Origin: Patellaria atrata CBS 101060
Taxonomy: Eukaryota
DNA length: 64,000 bases
Assembly: GCA_010093705.1 (NCBI GenBank)
Contig: MU006090.1
Span: 1,019,817-1,083,816 of the forward strand
Reading direction: 5' to 3'
Shown piece after piece: positions 49,317 through 62,299 of the stretch. Positions within the stretch are counted from its first letter, which is position 1. Every line of letters begins with the position of its first letter. Under the pieces are notes generated by a model. That model saw only the letters and a list, made by a program, of their open reading frames with translations. It ran no database searches and was not told where the DNA came from. Made by a program: the position numbers and the translations under genes.

Positions 49317-52300
49317 GGTGAGTTATAGTCTTGATCTATATTCCGGAAGCTGTGAACTACTACTTATCAGCTGTGGCCTACGTCGGGTTGGTTTCTTGAG
49401 TATATACCTGTCTGAATGGAGGTCGAGGCGGGGATGTCCGGTGGCGGGAGTGTTTAATCTCAGGGGAACAGAAGGAGACTCTTGATAGTTGGCCAATATT
49501 AGAACCAGAAAGTAAGTATGGCAACAGTCTCCGTTCCTTGGCTCCTTTTTTTGAGCTAAAGAACGACTTCAGTGGTATGTAGATGTCGATACGACGCAAG
49601 GGGAAATCAGGTCAGCGAGTTCGTATCGCTTTAGCGCGAATCGACTGTGTTGCAGAATAAAAATGACTGATTTGTTGCTAAAGAGCTAATTGGGAAACAG
49701 GAGCATGATGTGATTTAGAGAAAGAAGAAAGAAAAGGGAAATGAGGGTGGAAGTTGGGAAGGAAGATTGGTGAAGGGGGAAGTATAAGGTAAGGTAAGGT
49801 AGTAGAGGGTCCAAGGTCTTGTGGAGAGCTGTTGTGAACTTGTGGTGTGTTGAAGGGTCAAATCAACGCTTAGGCCAAGGCTAACTTTAGAGCTTCCATT
49901 CTCTTTTTGTGTGATGCACGGAAGAAAGTTAGAATCTGGCTTCTTCTTTATTATTTCCTTATTCCGTTCTCTCACAAGATGTCAGACTGTTAGACAGCCC
50001 ATACACATTGCACAAGCAGTAGAACTACAGCACGCGGCGAATGAAGCTCCGATATGCTTTGTATTCTCATTAGCCTTCTCGTTCTCTCCCCCGGCGGCAA
50101 ATACTGATTTTAATGACCTTGGACCTTCGGCTGTCCAATTAATAGAACCATTACGTATCCACTCTGATCTCCGCCCGCGATCCTCGTACAGCGTGTAGTT
50201 CTACGGAGTTTACGGAGTATCTCTTTTCGTGTTTCGTCTCCTATTTCTACAACTTTTTCCTTTTTTCCTTTTCTGCCTCGCTCCAACAACTTTTGACTCT
50301 TGAACTTGCGTAAGGTTTCAAATGAGGGACTCGCGTTTCGCCTGCATGCCACTACAGTACTCTTTTGTGGTCAAAAAGGCTGGATGGCAACAGATGGGAC
50401 GTATGTCATGATCTTCCCATCCTCCTTCGGCTGCATCTATTCTGCTTCTGGCTTGACAGACACAGCTCGGTGATAGGCTATCGATTCATATGAGACTGCA
50501 TAGCTCATTCAAGGTTCGTCGATGAGGTATAATAATTCCTGAGTGCGAACATATTGATAAAAAATCTACCTTTCCCCGCAATCACTATTTACAATGCCAC
50601 GAATGCCCACCCCCTTCTTCTTCATCATCAAAGGTTCCATGTCAAATATCTGCCACGTTGTTCGCCTCCATCTCATATTAGTAGGGCACAAGAATCCCCC
50701 AGCACTGGTAACCTGATTTTCGTTATTTATTGTACTGTACTTGTACTTCACAGATAGTCTTGTACGAGTGGTAACAGTGTACTACCTGCCGAGGTTTACG
50801 GTAAATGTTACTTCGTACTGGGGAATACGAAGACAGAAATAGATGTCGTACACTCGAAAGGTCTGCTATCGGACGAACTTACTTCTTCTTTCAGACTGCT
50901 AATAAAGGAAGGTGAGTATCTCAAGTCTATGTTAAGTGCACCTTCTTTATTCAATTGTATGAAGCTACTGGTTCCGAATTGGGCAGTTGGCACCGAACTT
51001 TCCCGTCCCCTCTTGCCCAAGGTACAAAGTATATTAAACATAAGGTAGACTCAAGATTTCGATGTCTTTGTATAGCAACTACCTCGTATAAATAATCGGC
51101 ATATCGATGTGTTTGAGAGTACACGAGCGAAAATTCTATAGAGACCAATATCGGATCTTGCGGCTCGCTGATAGTCTTCTTGCTGGGATTGTTGCCAGGT
51201 CTAGCAGCTTTGCTGTTTCTTTTTCCCTCCGTCATTGAAGTCTGTACAATCAGATTACACTCTCCCTCCATACTGTACATGCCACTACCATGACATGGTA
51301 TGTTGTTTTTCACGATTGATATCAAGGAAACTCCAGATATCATTCGCGCCAACCGTTACACTCTGAACAGCTCGAAATTTTCGAATCTCTATCAAAATAC
51401 TTCAGCTTTTCTCCATCCTCACAGAAACTGCTGGTTCATTACTATTGACCATGAACTTGAATACCAGACGGTTACAGTACTTCACTTTCCCTTCAGGTCT
51501 CAATTATCAAGTAACTTACGTATTTCATCGTCTTTATTTCCTTAGGAGGTACTATATTGGGTGAATTGATCTCACAGCACCCTAGGGAAGCTCCCCTTTA
51601 ATCCAAAGGGAACTCCATTTCTTACTCGTATAATATGTATATTCGCTCCGGTGGTTTTATCATAATGCCCATCATGGTTCTGCGGTAAAGCTTTTATCTG
51701 TTTTATTTCATACGGGAATCAACAGCATTCTTTATTTTTCATAAATACTACTTTTACTCTCAGATGCTTAATCGCGCCGATGACCCTTTAGTGGCATGAT
51801 GCCCAATATTATTACCTTCTTCCGATGCTACACATATCAATGTCGGCTTTCATAACAGGAAGCTCTGATGATCCGCTCACTCACCTGCTTTGTCATCCAA
51901 GGTGAGACAGTATGCAAGATTTACCCTAGGAGCAAGTTTCTTGAAATGCTTCTTATTATGATTGGGGCTTAGCGTCAAGAAATCCGTCACAAACCCCTCG
52001 CTTTACTGCTATCACATAGAGAAAAGAAGACCAAACGAGATACGTAGACACTCACGACTAGCAGCGAGCAGCTAGGATGCCCAACACTCCATCGAATGAA
52101 TGGAATCGGTGAGAAACAAGCCAACCGAGGTGTTGGGCACATAGGCTCAAGAACTTTTGTTTAAAAGTAAAGCTGAAGCCTTCTATGTTGAGTATGTGGG
52201 TAATTATGGTAAGTGTCTAAAAGGGTGGATATAAGGACTGGGTTTAGTTTTGTGCTTAGAATGGCTGTAAGGGGAATATATTATATTAAAACATTGAGAT

Positions 52301-52602
52301 AATAGGAGCTATAGCAAGCGGTATCTGAAGTAATCTACCTGGTGTTTCCAGCAAATGTACGGACTACCAAAAGATTTTTACACCGCTAGAATCATGAATC
52401 TTAAGGGTAGATTTTGAGGGTATATCTAGGTCTCATTCATGAGGCATTTCCAAAGGGAATAACTAGTTATCATCGTCCAAAGGATTTCGTCCTGTTTTAT
52501 TCATGTTTCTCAATGTTAAGGATAGTAGAGGGTAAATTATACATATATCTACAGTTAGCTTGAGAAGGATATCTATGACCTTATTCTACCCATGAAGAGT
52601 TC

Positions 52603-53618
52603 CTATGTCTCTCCCTCCATGTCTCCACCCAGAGCATTGATAGCCCATTGATAACTTCCCAGGAAGATCGCACCACCAGCACTGATCCAAAAAACACGGG
52701 GTCCAATCCCCGCTATGAATGCTCTCGGACCACTATCCTTCAGTATCTGTTTCAACAATGCTATAGTCCCAATCTTCTCTCTTGCCAGCATCATTCTCGT
52801 CTTCAAGACGTCGAGCGGAGTGGTAATACCAGCCGCTACAGCCCCAGATATACTACCAAATAACGCGGACTCTATTGAAGATACAGTATTTTGACCTGTC
52901 CTACTTCGCCGCCAGGACTTCATACCCTCCCACAGCGGAAACTGAATGACGGTGAATGGCACCTCGCGCATAATCGTGATCCCCCACCCTCGATACAACT
53001 CCCTCCAAACATGAAGTACACCTAGGGGATGCCGCTGCCCAAGTATATGCGTGAGCGCAGACAAAGAAGACGCATGCTGCGATGCTTGCGCTCTCTGCTT
53101 CACCACCTCCGTAGGTACTCGTACAGCACACGCAGCCACCTCACCCAAACTCGCTGCGACCATGTGGGTCAAAGCTTCCTGGCTCGCACTAAGCGGCGGC
53201 GGCGACCGAATTGGATTGCCATCGATGGTGCGAAGGATGGATTGGGAGCGAATGGCCCGCTCACGCAGATAGCGTTTCGTGGAGTCGTAGGTTACGAAGA
53301 AGAGAGCGGCGCCCGGTGCGGAGCCTACGACAGCGGAACCGATGCCTTTGTAGACGCCGCGGAAACCGCCCGAGGCGTAGAAACCGCTTGAGGATTGGAG
53401 ACGGGTTTTGAGGGTATCTAGCGGGTAGAGGGAGAGGTCGACGGTTGTGCCCGCAAGCCCGCCTGCCTTGATGATGTTGGTAATATGTCTAGTATCGTGG
53501 ATATCTAAGGATGCGGGGTGATGATAGGAGGATCGAGGGAGAAGGAGACTGAACGTACCAACAGCGACCGTATATAAGGGCTTTCAACCCATGGGGGTGT
53601 ATGGAAAGGGGATTGCAT
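52603..53618 (-). CDS. PET8: Mitochondrial S-adenosylmethionine carrier (Pet8/Sam5)
   Basis: AGGLAGTTVDLSLYPLDTLKTRLQS, GEVAACAVRVPTEVVKQRAQA, REVPFTVIQFPLWE, TTPLDVLKTRMML; one intron. Confidence 0.93.
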
Positions 53619-53785
53619 TAAGATAGAAGTTTGAGATGAGCATGACGCTTGGAGTTTAACCTTTCGCGGGAAGCTGTCAGGGGGTCATAGCTCCATTGAC
53701 CGTGAGCTCCCCCACCACCTTAGAGCTCTTCTCCTCCGTATCTACATCACCAACTCAATTGCTATAGAGCTTGGAAGGCTTCAAT

Positions 53786-55474
53786 ATGGACGAAAACACC
53801 ATATCATCCGATACTCTGGAAGCAGATATACCCAGAGATCAAGATAAATCTCGGTTTCCGGCCTGTATCGCCTCAACAGGCAAGCTCTTCAACACAACAG
53901 TCGAAACTCCACGAGCTCCAGATAAAGGACTCTCGAACACATTTCGCTCACTACAATGGTTGGAATCTCATTCGCGCACATGATCTGAGATATATCGTTA
54001 CTAAGAGCATAAAAAAGGTCTCCGGATGGAACATGTCTCCTCACTAACTCTGCCGACAATATTCTAAGGACCTTCATAGTGTACCAAGTCCACCCCTTGT
54101 ATTCTTGAGCAAGATTTCCAGGCTTACGAACATGAAGTTAGACCTCCGGATCTCCTATCAGGCGTATTTCACAGTCTCACCCCATACGCGTCGCACGAGT
54201 CTCCCAAACCCGTATACGCGAGCGCTTCATACCCTCTCTTCGACCTCAACCGCCCAGAAACCACACTCCTCCTCTACTCGCCCGCACGCCAGCCCATCCG
54301 TTTCATAGACGCACTTCGATGGTTCCCGGCCGCCAATAATACCCCCAGTCACAGCTACGAAGATGACGAAGCCTACACCCAACCCACCTCCTCAATCATC
54401 GCCAGCTACCCCCTCATAAACCCCCTCACCGAAGAATTTCTAGCTCCCCACTCCCTGATATTCACCACCGACAACTCTCACTTCGTTGCCGGCACGACGT
54501 CTCGCCTCTCCATGTTCGATATCAACTACAACGGCCAAGGTCCCATTCAGACACACCCCACCATCCCCTCACGGCGCCACATCCGCAAAGGCAACGGGGT
54601 CGGTATGAAAGGTATAATCTCCACCCTCTCCATCTCCCCCGCCACCTCCATCCTCGCCGCCGGCACGTTCTCCCGCTGGATAGGTTTATATGCTGCCGAG
54701 GGGGCGGGCGAGACTGTTGCCGTTTTTCCCCTACCCTACCTACACACATCGAAAACCTTAATCCCGGAAGCAGAGCAGGGCCTACCAGGCACGGGCGTGA
54801 CGCAGATGAAGTGGAGTCCTTGCGGGAGATATCTGTATGTTGCGGAGCGGCAGAGCGACGCCATCATCATCTACGACATCCGCGTCACCGGAAAGCGAGT
54901 CGGGTGGTTAAAGGGCCGAAACGCGTTCTCGCCGCAGAGGATGGGGTTCGATGTCATCAGTAGGGGCGAGGGACACGATGTCATGGCGGGGGGTATAGAC
55001 GGGAAGGTGAGGGTGTGGGGGAATCCGGGGAGGGGCTGTGTGAGGTATGAGGATGAGATTACGGAGGGTGTTATGCGTGATGTTGAGTGGGAGGGTCATG
55101 AGGGTATGTTCTAATTGATCTCTCTATAACCCCTATGTAATATGAACAAGTAGTTTGAAGGATGAGCTGACGGTAAATTAGACGTCGTATGCGCAGCTGT
55201 ATTCCACTCTTGCGGCTCCGTGCTCGCCACTGCGTCTGGTCAACAACGTCCTCGGGTTCAGTTCGACTCGAACTCAAACTCACACCCGAGCTCGTCGGAT
55301 TCCGACACGAGCTCAGACTCCGAGTCGGAGTCACAACCGGAAAACTCGAGTTGTCAAGAGGTGGGTAGAGTGGGTTCGAAAAGAGAGCAAAGAGAGAGAG
55401 CGGTAAGAGATAATTCAATCAAGATCTGGGATCTCGAAGTTACGGGTGGATGTGCTGCGGAAGAGCGGAGTTGA
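53786..55474 (+). CDS. WD40 protein of the Swt21/TCAB1 (WRAP53) type
   Basis: QW|SPDGTCLLTNSADNILRTFI, GMKGIISTL, GTGVTQMKWSPCGRYLYVAERQSD..YDIR, QRMGFDV, H..GSVLATASGQ; three introns. Confidence 0.82.
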
Positions 55475-56220
55475 ATAGGTAAGGACGGCAAAGTACATTC
55501 CAAACAGGACTCATCGGATAAGGCGCAGAGATACAAGTCGAAGATTTTCAGGGGGGGTTTTTTTTTTTGGGGAGGGGGAGGGGGGGGTTGCTTTAGGTAG
55601 TTGGCTGTATACTGTACCATCTTTTATGATAGTCGAGTAATCATTTTGTGAAGTGAGTAGTGGAATAGCTAGGGCTTATTGAGATACCGTCTGTGTGGAA
55701 TCAGTCACCGCACGTTTTTGATCTGTTCAACCTCCGTTCTCGCTCACGTGTATGCATCGTTCTCGTGTCTACTGGTGCACGACTCAAAGGAGCCAACAAG
55801 TCTGTTTACGGAAAAGGGGGTAATTGATAGAGGGGAAATTAGTGGTTGGAAGTGTACGAAGGGGCATGAACCGTACGAATATCGTTGTTGGGGGTGTTCA
55901 AGAAAAGGATGGGGAACCAAAGAGGAGATTTGTACGAGATGGGCGAAGAGTTGAACGAGGCCTAAAGTGTAAAGCGTCTGGGGGAGGTTGGGAAGGGAAA
56001 CGTATTATTATTAGAGAAGGCGGATGGGATCTGAGCTGTGGAGTACCTCCGTATATGCTGGAAGTCGGGGTATGATGGAGCAGGGTGCACGGTGGGAGAG
56101 TCGGGTGTGTTGTAGAAGGGAAAGTGTGTGGGAGAAGCGGAGGATATTATAGAGCGAGATGGACGATGGGAAGAACTTTTGTATGGAGGGATGGAGGATA
56201 CTTTAGAGTGTGCAGTGCGG

Positions 56221-56550
56221 TAGGAGTATATAGTACAGTAGGAGTATATAGTACAGTAGAAGTATATAGTACAGTAGGAGTATATAGTACAGTAGGAGTA
56301 TATAGTACAGTAGGAGTATATAGTACAGTAGGAGTATATAGTACAGTAGGAGTATNNNNNNNNNNNNNNNNNNNNNNNNNNNNNNNNNNNNNNNNNNNNN
56401 NNNNNNNNNNNNNNNNNNNNNNNNNNNNNNNNNNNNNNNNNNNNNNNNNNNNNNNAGTATATAGTACAGTAGGAGTATATAGTACAGTAGGAGTATATAG
56501 TACAGTAGGAGTATATAGTACAGTAGGAGTATATAGTACAGTAGGAGTAT
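56221..56550. repeat. 18-bp minisatellite (AGTATATAGTACAGTAGG)n spanning a 100-N assembly gap
   Basis: About 7 units before and about 5 after the N run (56356-56455); one G>A variant unit. Confidence 0.95.
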
Positions 56551-57506
56551 ACCATACCCGAGGACCATACGTACAATTATAGTATGGTGTTAAACAAAAA
56601 GGGAGTTATGGATCCAAGCAGAATGTACAAGGGAGCACAAATGTACGGTATGGCTGAAGCGTATACAGTGCCCACACGGCGGAGCTGCCTAGTAGTTATT
56701 TGTTCCCTATACGTGACTGCTAATTGCAAGCCATGTATCCTAAACCTCGACCCTGCAAACTTTCAATTCTAGTGCAATAGCCGCGTGGTTGTGGTATATA
56801 TTCACGTCCCACTGTTCTAACACCAACTGCTCATGCGGCGAGGAAGAGTGGGACCGTGGGTTTTGGGGTTCCACATAGGAGTCTTCTATGTCATCTTATC
56901 TTCAGTTTTGATATCTGGGAGAGAGGAGAGAAAAAGTAAGGGATGCTTGTCTCTATATTGTGGAATATTGGAATTTTCATATTAGGGAATCGCGCTAATT
57001 AACAAACAATACAGAATGTTAAAAATGTAGAGATGCGTACAGAGTACAAAATGAGCACATGGACCTATTTGATATAAATATTCAGACCTCTTATTATGTA
57101 AAAAAAACAGTATCTGTGAACGGTTTCGGAACTCTAGTAGCGCGAGAGATGTATACGAAGGGCAATCTAGTTAAGCCCTTGGAGAGGGAAAGAAGAGTTT
57201 AATTGGGTGATGGAAAGTTGATTGCTACCGAGAATCTTTCCAGCTACCGGAAGTCAGAGTTCGGCAAACCGACACAGCGGACTAGGGCTATTTTTGGGTG
57301 AGAGAGGTATGGTATACGATCACCTGTGGCATATCCCGATTCTGAAAAGTTGCGACGCTTGACCAAGTTCAAAACTCTTCCTTCATTTATTTACATAATC
57401 TAAGATATACCGTGCTGCTCCGTCGCAAGCTCGGACGCATACACTGGTCGCAAATTGGAATATTGAAAACAGGTTTACTGCGTAGGACGGCCGTTGAGTC
57501 GATAGC

Positions 57507-58124
57507 TTATTTCTTAGAAACCTTCGCGGACTCTTCCTGAAGCTTCTTGATGGTGTCTTCGGAAGCATCAACCTCACCCCTATCGGCCTTGATCTGTTCA
57601 TCGGATAATGAGGTTAGCTCTTGTCCGCTAGTAGTTCTTGAGGGACGATGGCTAGGATAGTATATACAACTAAATTGAACTTCGAAGACAATTTCATGAA
57701 ACGGGCAGAATTCGGGTTCTTAGAAGTGATACATAGAGTCGAAGATAGATAGGTGGACATACAATGCTCTCACTATCGCTAGCCAAGCTAGACTTCCACT
57801 CTCCCTTCCCCTCCTTCTGTTTCCTCAATTGATCATGCTTCTCCTTCTCGACCTCTTCGGCACGGCCTTCGTGGTCTGTTTAAATATATATATTAGTGTC
57901 TACCCAGATGGAACGATGCGAGCAAATTGTCATTAAACGGAGTCCGGGAGTTGAAGAGATTTTATGCACCAGCAATTGGAGATAACGGCGGCGTTCTGGG
58001 TATTCTTACGGAGGGCTGATTCCTTCCCAGCGAACCTAATAGCCGTTGTCCGCAGTCCAGCGCGTTGGAAGAAGGTGATGGGAGTGCGACGGGCAATGAA
58101 GGAGACGTTCCTGAGATATGCCAT
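57507..58124 (-). CDS. Small (~100 aa) predicted mitochondrial protein of unknown function
   Basis: Three exons: R/T/A-rich presequence MAYLRNVSFIARRTPITFFQRAGLRTTAIRFAGKESAL, then HEGRAEEVEKEKHDQLRKQKEGKGEWKSSLASDSESI, then IKADRGEVDASEDTIKKLQEESAKVSKK; canonical splice sites. Confidence 0.8.
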
Positions 58125-59531
58125 TTTCGGAGTGATGTGGGAGTATATCTGGGTTGAAAATGGACCAATTGGTTCAGCAGATACGAGAGGTATAATCCCG
58201 ATGCTTTTATGGATTAAGAGAAGAGATTGAGCTGGGATATGGGCCTCGAAGCTTACAAGTATTTCGATGGGTGAGGGAGAGGGTAAGGTTGGAAAAAGAA
58301 GCTTCTTGTGATGTACAAGGTGTAGGTAGGAATGAAGAAATGGACCCTCGGCTAAGGTTGAACGGCAGCTGCTAGCTAAACGTCATCCACGCCAAGCTGA
58401 TTTAGCAACAACTTTCGTCTCATTGGACAAAACAACTCCGGAGACTTTATCGAGAGCATTGAGTGGGAAGTGGGCATGGGTACGTACTCTGTAGCTACCT
58501 TTGTACCTTTGTAGCTTTTGCACTTTCAATAATTCGATAATGGTGTTGGTACAAAGTTTAGCTCATGTATGTCCCATATCATAACATGTGCATCGCATCC
58601 ATCGATGGAATGGATGGTTGAATGTAATCATCGTGGGCAGACCACTTCCGGAATTTTCGGATCACATTGATATGCATAGGGAGGGAGACATCAAAAGTGA
58701 CAATAAAAGGATAAGATCTGATTGAAATCCTATGACCACGAGTCTGTATCGTATGTAGGCCTACATGAAGCGAACGGAAAAGATCCTATTGTAAAGGGGA
58801 AAAGGGTTACGTGGAGCCCAAAATCAACCGCTAAGCATTTCAGCCGGAAGTGATACAACGAAGAGGAAGAAGGGGTAGCCATAGTCTCATCCCAGCGTAC
58901 AGATAACTCGAAACAAAGTTGAAGACGAAAACCGCATAGTTTGAGAGGAATATGCAACCCACTGAAAAAAAGCCGACATCCCGCTTATTTGTCAAGGATT
59001 TTCGCCCATGGTATACCAGCAACCGTAACACATTCACAACCTTCCCGGGCGTGATGAGGAAAACGAAAACACCTGACCCACGGCCAACCAACCAACCGAC
59101 CAACAAAGGAGACTATTCTTCTACGCAAAGCTAAGAACCCCAGGAGAACACCATCTTTATGTGACCAGTTTTCTGCAGAGATCTTAAGATAAGTCCAGAC
59201 ATAACCAAACACCGATAAGTTGCAAAAGCCGCCGTAATGCATTAATCGCTACCAAAACACAGGAACCAGATGCGTCTATTCGAATATTGTAAAGGGTGGT
59301 TTTTCATTATATCGCAACGCCGTCGCTCAGGGACAAGTGGTATCACCAAGGTATTTAAAAGGATATCGAGGGAATTTGTACAGTTCGGACCGAAGTAATA
59401 AGAACAGGATCCTCCGGAGAAATACGGGTTCGAAAACGTAGAGATCCAGCTAAAGGTGTCCACCAGCCTAGCCACGAAGAACGATGCAATAGCATGTCGA
59501 TTAAATGCACCCGGCCCCGCGCTTGGTATGT

Positions 59532-60179
59532 CTACCAGCGGCGGGGAATAAAGCTTTGAATCTGTCTTGCAGGTGAGACAGATGGAGGTGGGCTTGCGAT
59601 AGCTCTGGTCGAGGGATCGACAATGGGAATAGCATTTCTCGTTCGTTGGGCTAGTGGCTGGTGGAGCTTTGTCTGAGAGAAGGAGGATCCGAAAGAAGTT
59701 GTAGATGAAGCAGACGATAGAACAAAATTAGGAGTAGGTTGAAGTTGATGTTGTAGGGGTGAGTGTTCAGGTGAACCGCTAGACAGAGACGATCGATCGG
59801 ATGCAGAGGAATGTATAGATTGCAACTTAAAACGTATATGTCAGTATCAGAATAATGAAATAGCGATCAAGTATCGAACAAAGTGCAATGGATGACGACT
59901 TACATCGTCCTCTGTTAATAAATGAAAGGGGCAAAAGAGTTCGTCGTCTTCTAGGTCGAAGGCTCTTGCAGCGTCGAAATCTCGACGAGTGGAGGTCATG
60001 GCAACGACCTCGACGACTTCTTTGGGACTTCGCGCAGGCTTGTAGTTCTGTTTGTGATTGTTGTGCGAGCCTGACAGCCGTGGTGCTCGGCGAGAACGAC
60101 CTCCATGGTGGTTGTTGTGCGAATGACTGTTTACATGGGACGGATATGAGGGTGCGCCGTAATAGTTTGACATTTTCAT
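59532..60179 (-). CDS. Low-complexity fungal protein (recalled as DUF4452-like)
   Basis: GGRSRRAPRLS, FDAARAFDLEDDELFCP, SDRSSLSSGSP, RNAIPIVDP; one intron ~59903-59826. Confidence 0.78.
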
Positions 60180-62299
60180 TGAAGTTGAGATGGAAATTTG
60201 GCGTTGTGGTTGACAGTTTGATGGTTGAAAGCTGTTGTGTTGACAGTTGACTTGTGACTTGTGGGAGTGGAGGCTGAGGTGCAGTGTTGCGCAAACGTCC
60301 GAGTGTCAGGCCGATGGGCGGGAAATTACGAGATGGAATGACAAAAAGCTCAGTCCTGGGTTGGGTGGCAAGAAAGCGACAACAGCGGTAAGGAATTGTT
60401 GTCGAAGAGAATAATCGAAGAGAATAATAAAGGCGAGAAATGGATAGTGGAGTGTTTTCTTGTTGTTTTCTACGGTAAAGTCGCTGGTGGAACGATCAGA
60501 CGGTGGTGTGGTGCGTGGGCGGTGGGAGGAATTTGATTGCGGGAATGCGATGGGAGAAGTAGGAAGGCGTGTGGAAGGGGGAAGGAGCTGGTTGAAGAGG
60601 AGACGAGAAGGCAAAGACCTTGAAGGCGGGTGCAGATTGCAGAATTGGCTTTGAAGCCTGATTTGCGGTATCAGTTAGCGCTAAGCATTAGTTAGTGCTA
60701 GTTAGTGCTAGTTAGTGCTTGTCTTTATGGGTCCGTGCTGCTACCTTTCTTCTTCTGACCATCTGGATCGTCCTTTCCAGGTCTGGTACTTTCCCTTCAT
60801 TCGCTGGACTTTGCTGATTTTCTTTCAACAAGCTGGCAAGACCCTCGACCCACTACCAAGTCCACCACATCTATACCGACTTCATCCAAGATCGTCGCTT
60901 TCTGGAAGTGCCTTTGATCAACGACACTTCCGTCGACTTTGTGACATTATTGTCCGACGGTCGATGAAAGCGTCAAGTTCACCATTATTTGCGACAAAGG
61001 AGGAGTAATGGTAGCTCAAAAGGAATTCCTTCGAAGCTCTGACAGTTGCAGCACAACACCTTTTACCGGTCTTCCTGGGTACAACTGGGAGAATGCGAGC
61101 ACAGCTAACTTTGCCGCAATTCCCACTCGATGCTTTCTCTCTACGCATGCACTCCGGGAAAGCCCGTGGGTGGTCAGGAACAACATAGTTTAGGTACAGT
61201 ACAGCTTTGCGGAGTTGCAGACAACGCTACAGCATCATAAAGTAGAGCGCTTCTGTTAGGCAAGCTGTGACTAGGTTCTGTAGGCAAGGTAGGCAAGCAA
61301 GCACACAGCCCGAACGAATACAAGGTTACGGGTTACTGCGGAGTGCGGAGGGGGGAAGAGTTGGGGGCTGGGGGACTCTTTGGATCGGGCTAGATCAAGA
61401 ATTCCATGCTGGTCATTCCCCAGCTGACCGCTTCGATCGCGACGGGAAGACCTCAACTGCATCCACGATTAGCACCTTGAACACCTTGATTCTGCCTCCT
61501 TTCATATACCCAAACATCTACCAATTGTTACAGCTTTACTTTGCTGGCACAAAGTCCTGTGTTTCTGTGTTTCCCGCATTATGCGCCCGGTACATCTGTA
61601 ACTCTAACATACGCCGTACTATAGGTGTTTTGGGAGCCTCGTCGTTTCAGGTGACATATTCCTGGGATCCTCGAAGCGACAGAGGCAACATCTACCGGCG
61701 TTTCGTCGTGTAAGCTTTCTTGACAATCAGATAACCTCGAAACGCATCAACTTCAGAAAAGATGATGCCCTTTTCTCACTCGATCATGCGTTTCAGACCG
61801 GTATGGTCTATGGAGTTGAGGTGGTTGCTGACCTCTTGTTCCCCACCACCCATACTTCTCGCCACCATCTCGTGAGAGTCGAGGACGATTATTTTCGGTA
61901 CTGAGAAAACGTCATGGGTAATCTGCGGCACTCATCTTGGATAGATTGGATTGTCCCTTCTCGCGACGCCTTGTACATCACTAAGGTAGGGGCTTTAATA
62001 TATGCCATCTATGGTCGTCCGCAGTTCACGCTCGCTTTGTGTCTCTGAGTAACCATATCGGTGGGCCGTCCAGACAATTGGCGCAACCCTTGATGATTAC
62101 CTCAACCGCCTTTTTGGCCCTTTATCCCACCGTGAAGGTCACCATCAAGGTGAAACAATAGCGTTTTACTCGTAATACGATACCGAAGCCTGGGAGACAC
62201 TGGATTGAGTCTGTCTTCGTACACATCCGACCCATGAGCGGAAAGGCGACGACTTAACACTGCGTGCTAGTTCAAAAATAACCATTAATGCTGCAAATG

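Noticed and set aside
55551..55588. G-run/T-run tract as a functional G-quadruplex
   Set aside because: Homopolymer tracts downstream of genes recur in this window (also 43269-43294), and there is no further evidence of function.
55962..56582. ORFs encoding (YSYCTI)n, (VYSTVG)n or (YYILLL)n
   Set aside because: They are translations of the 18-bp minisatellite across an N gap, with no coding support.
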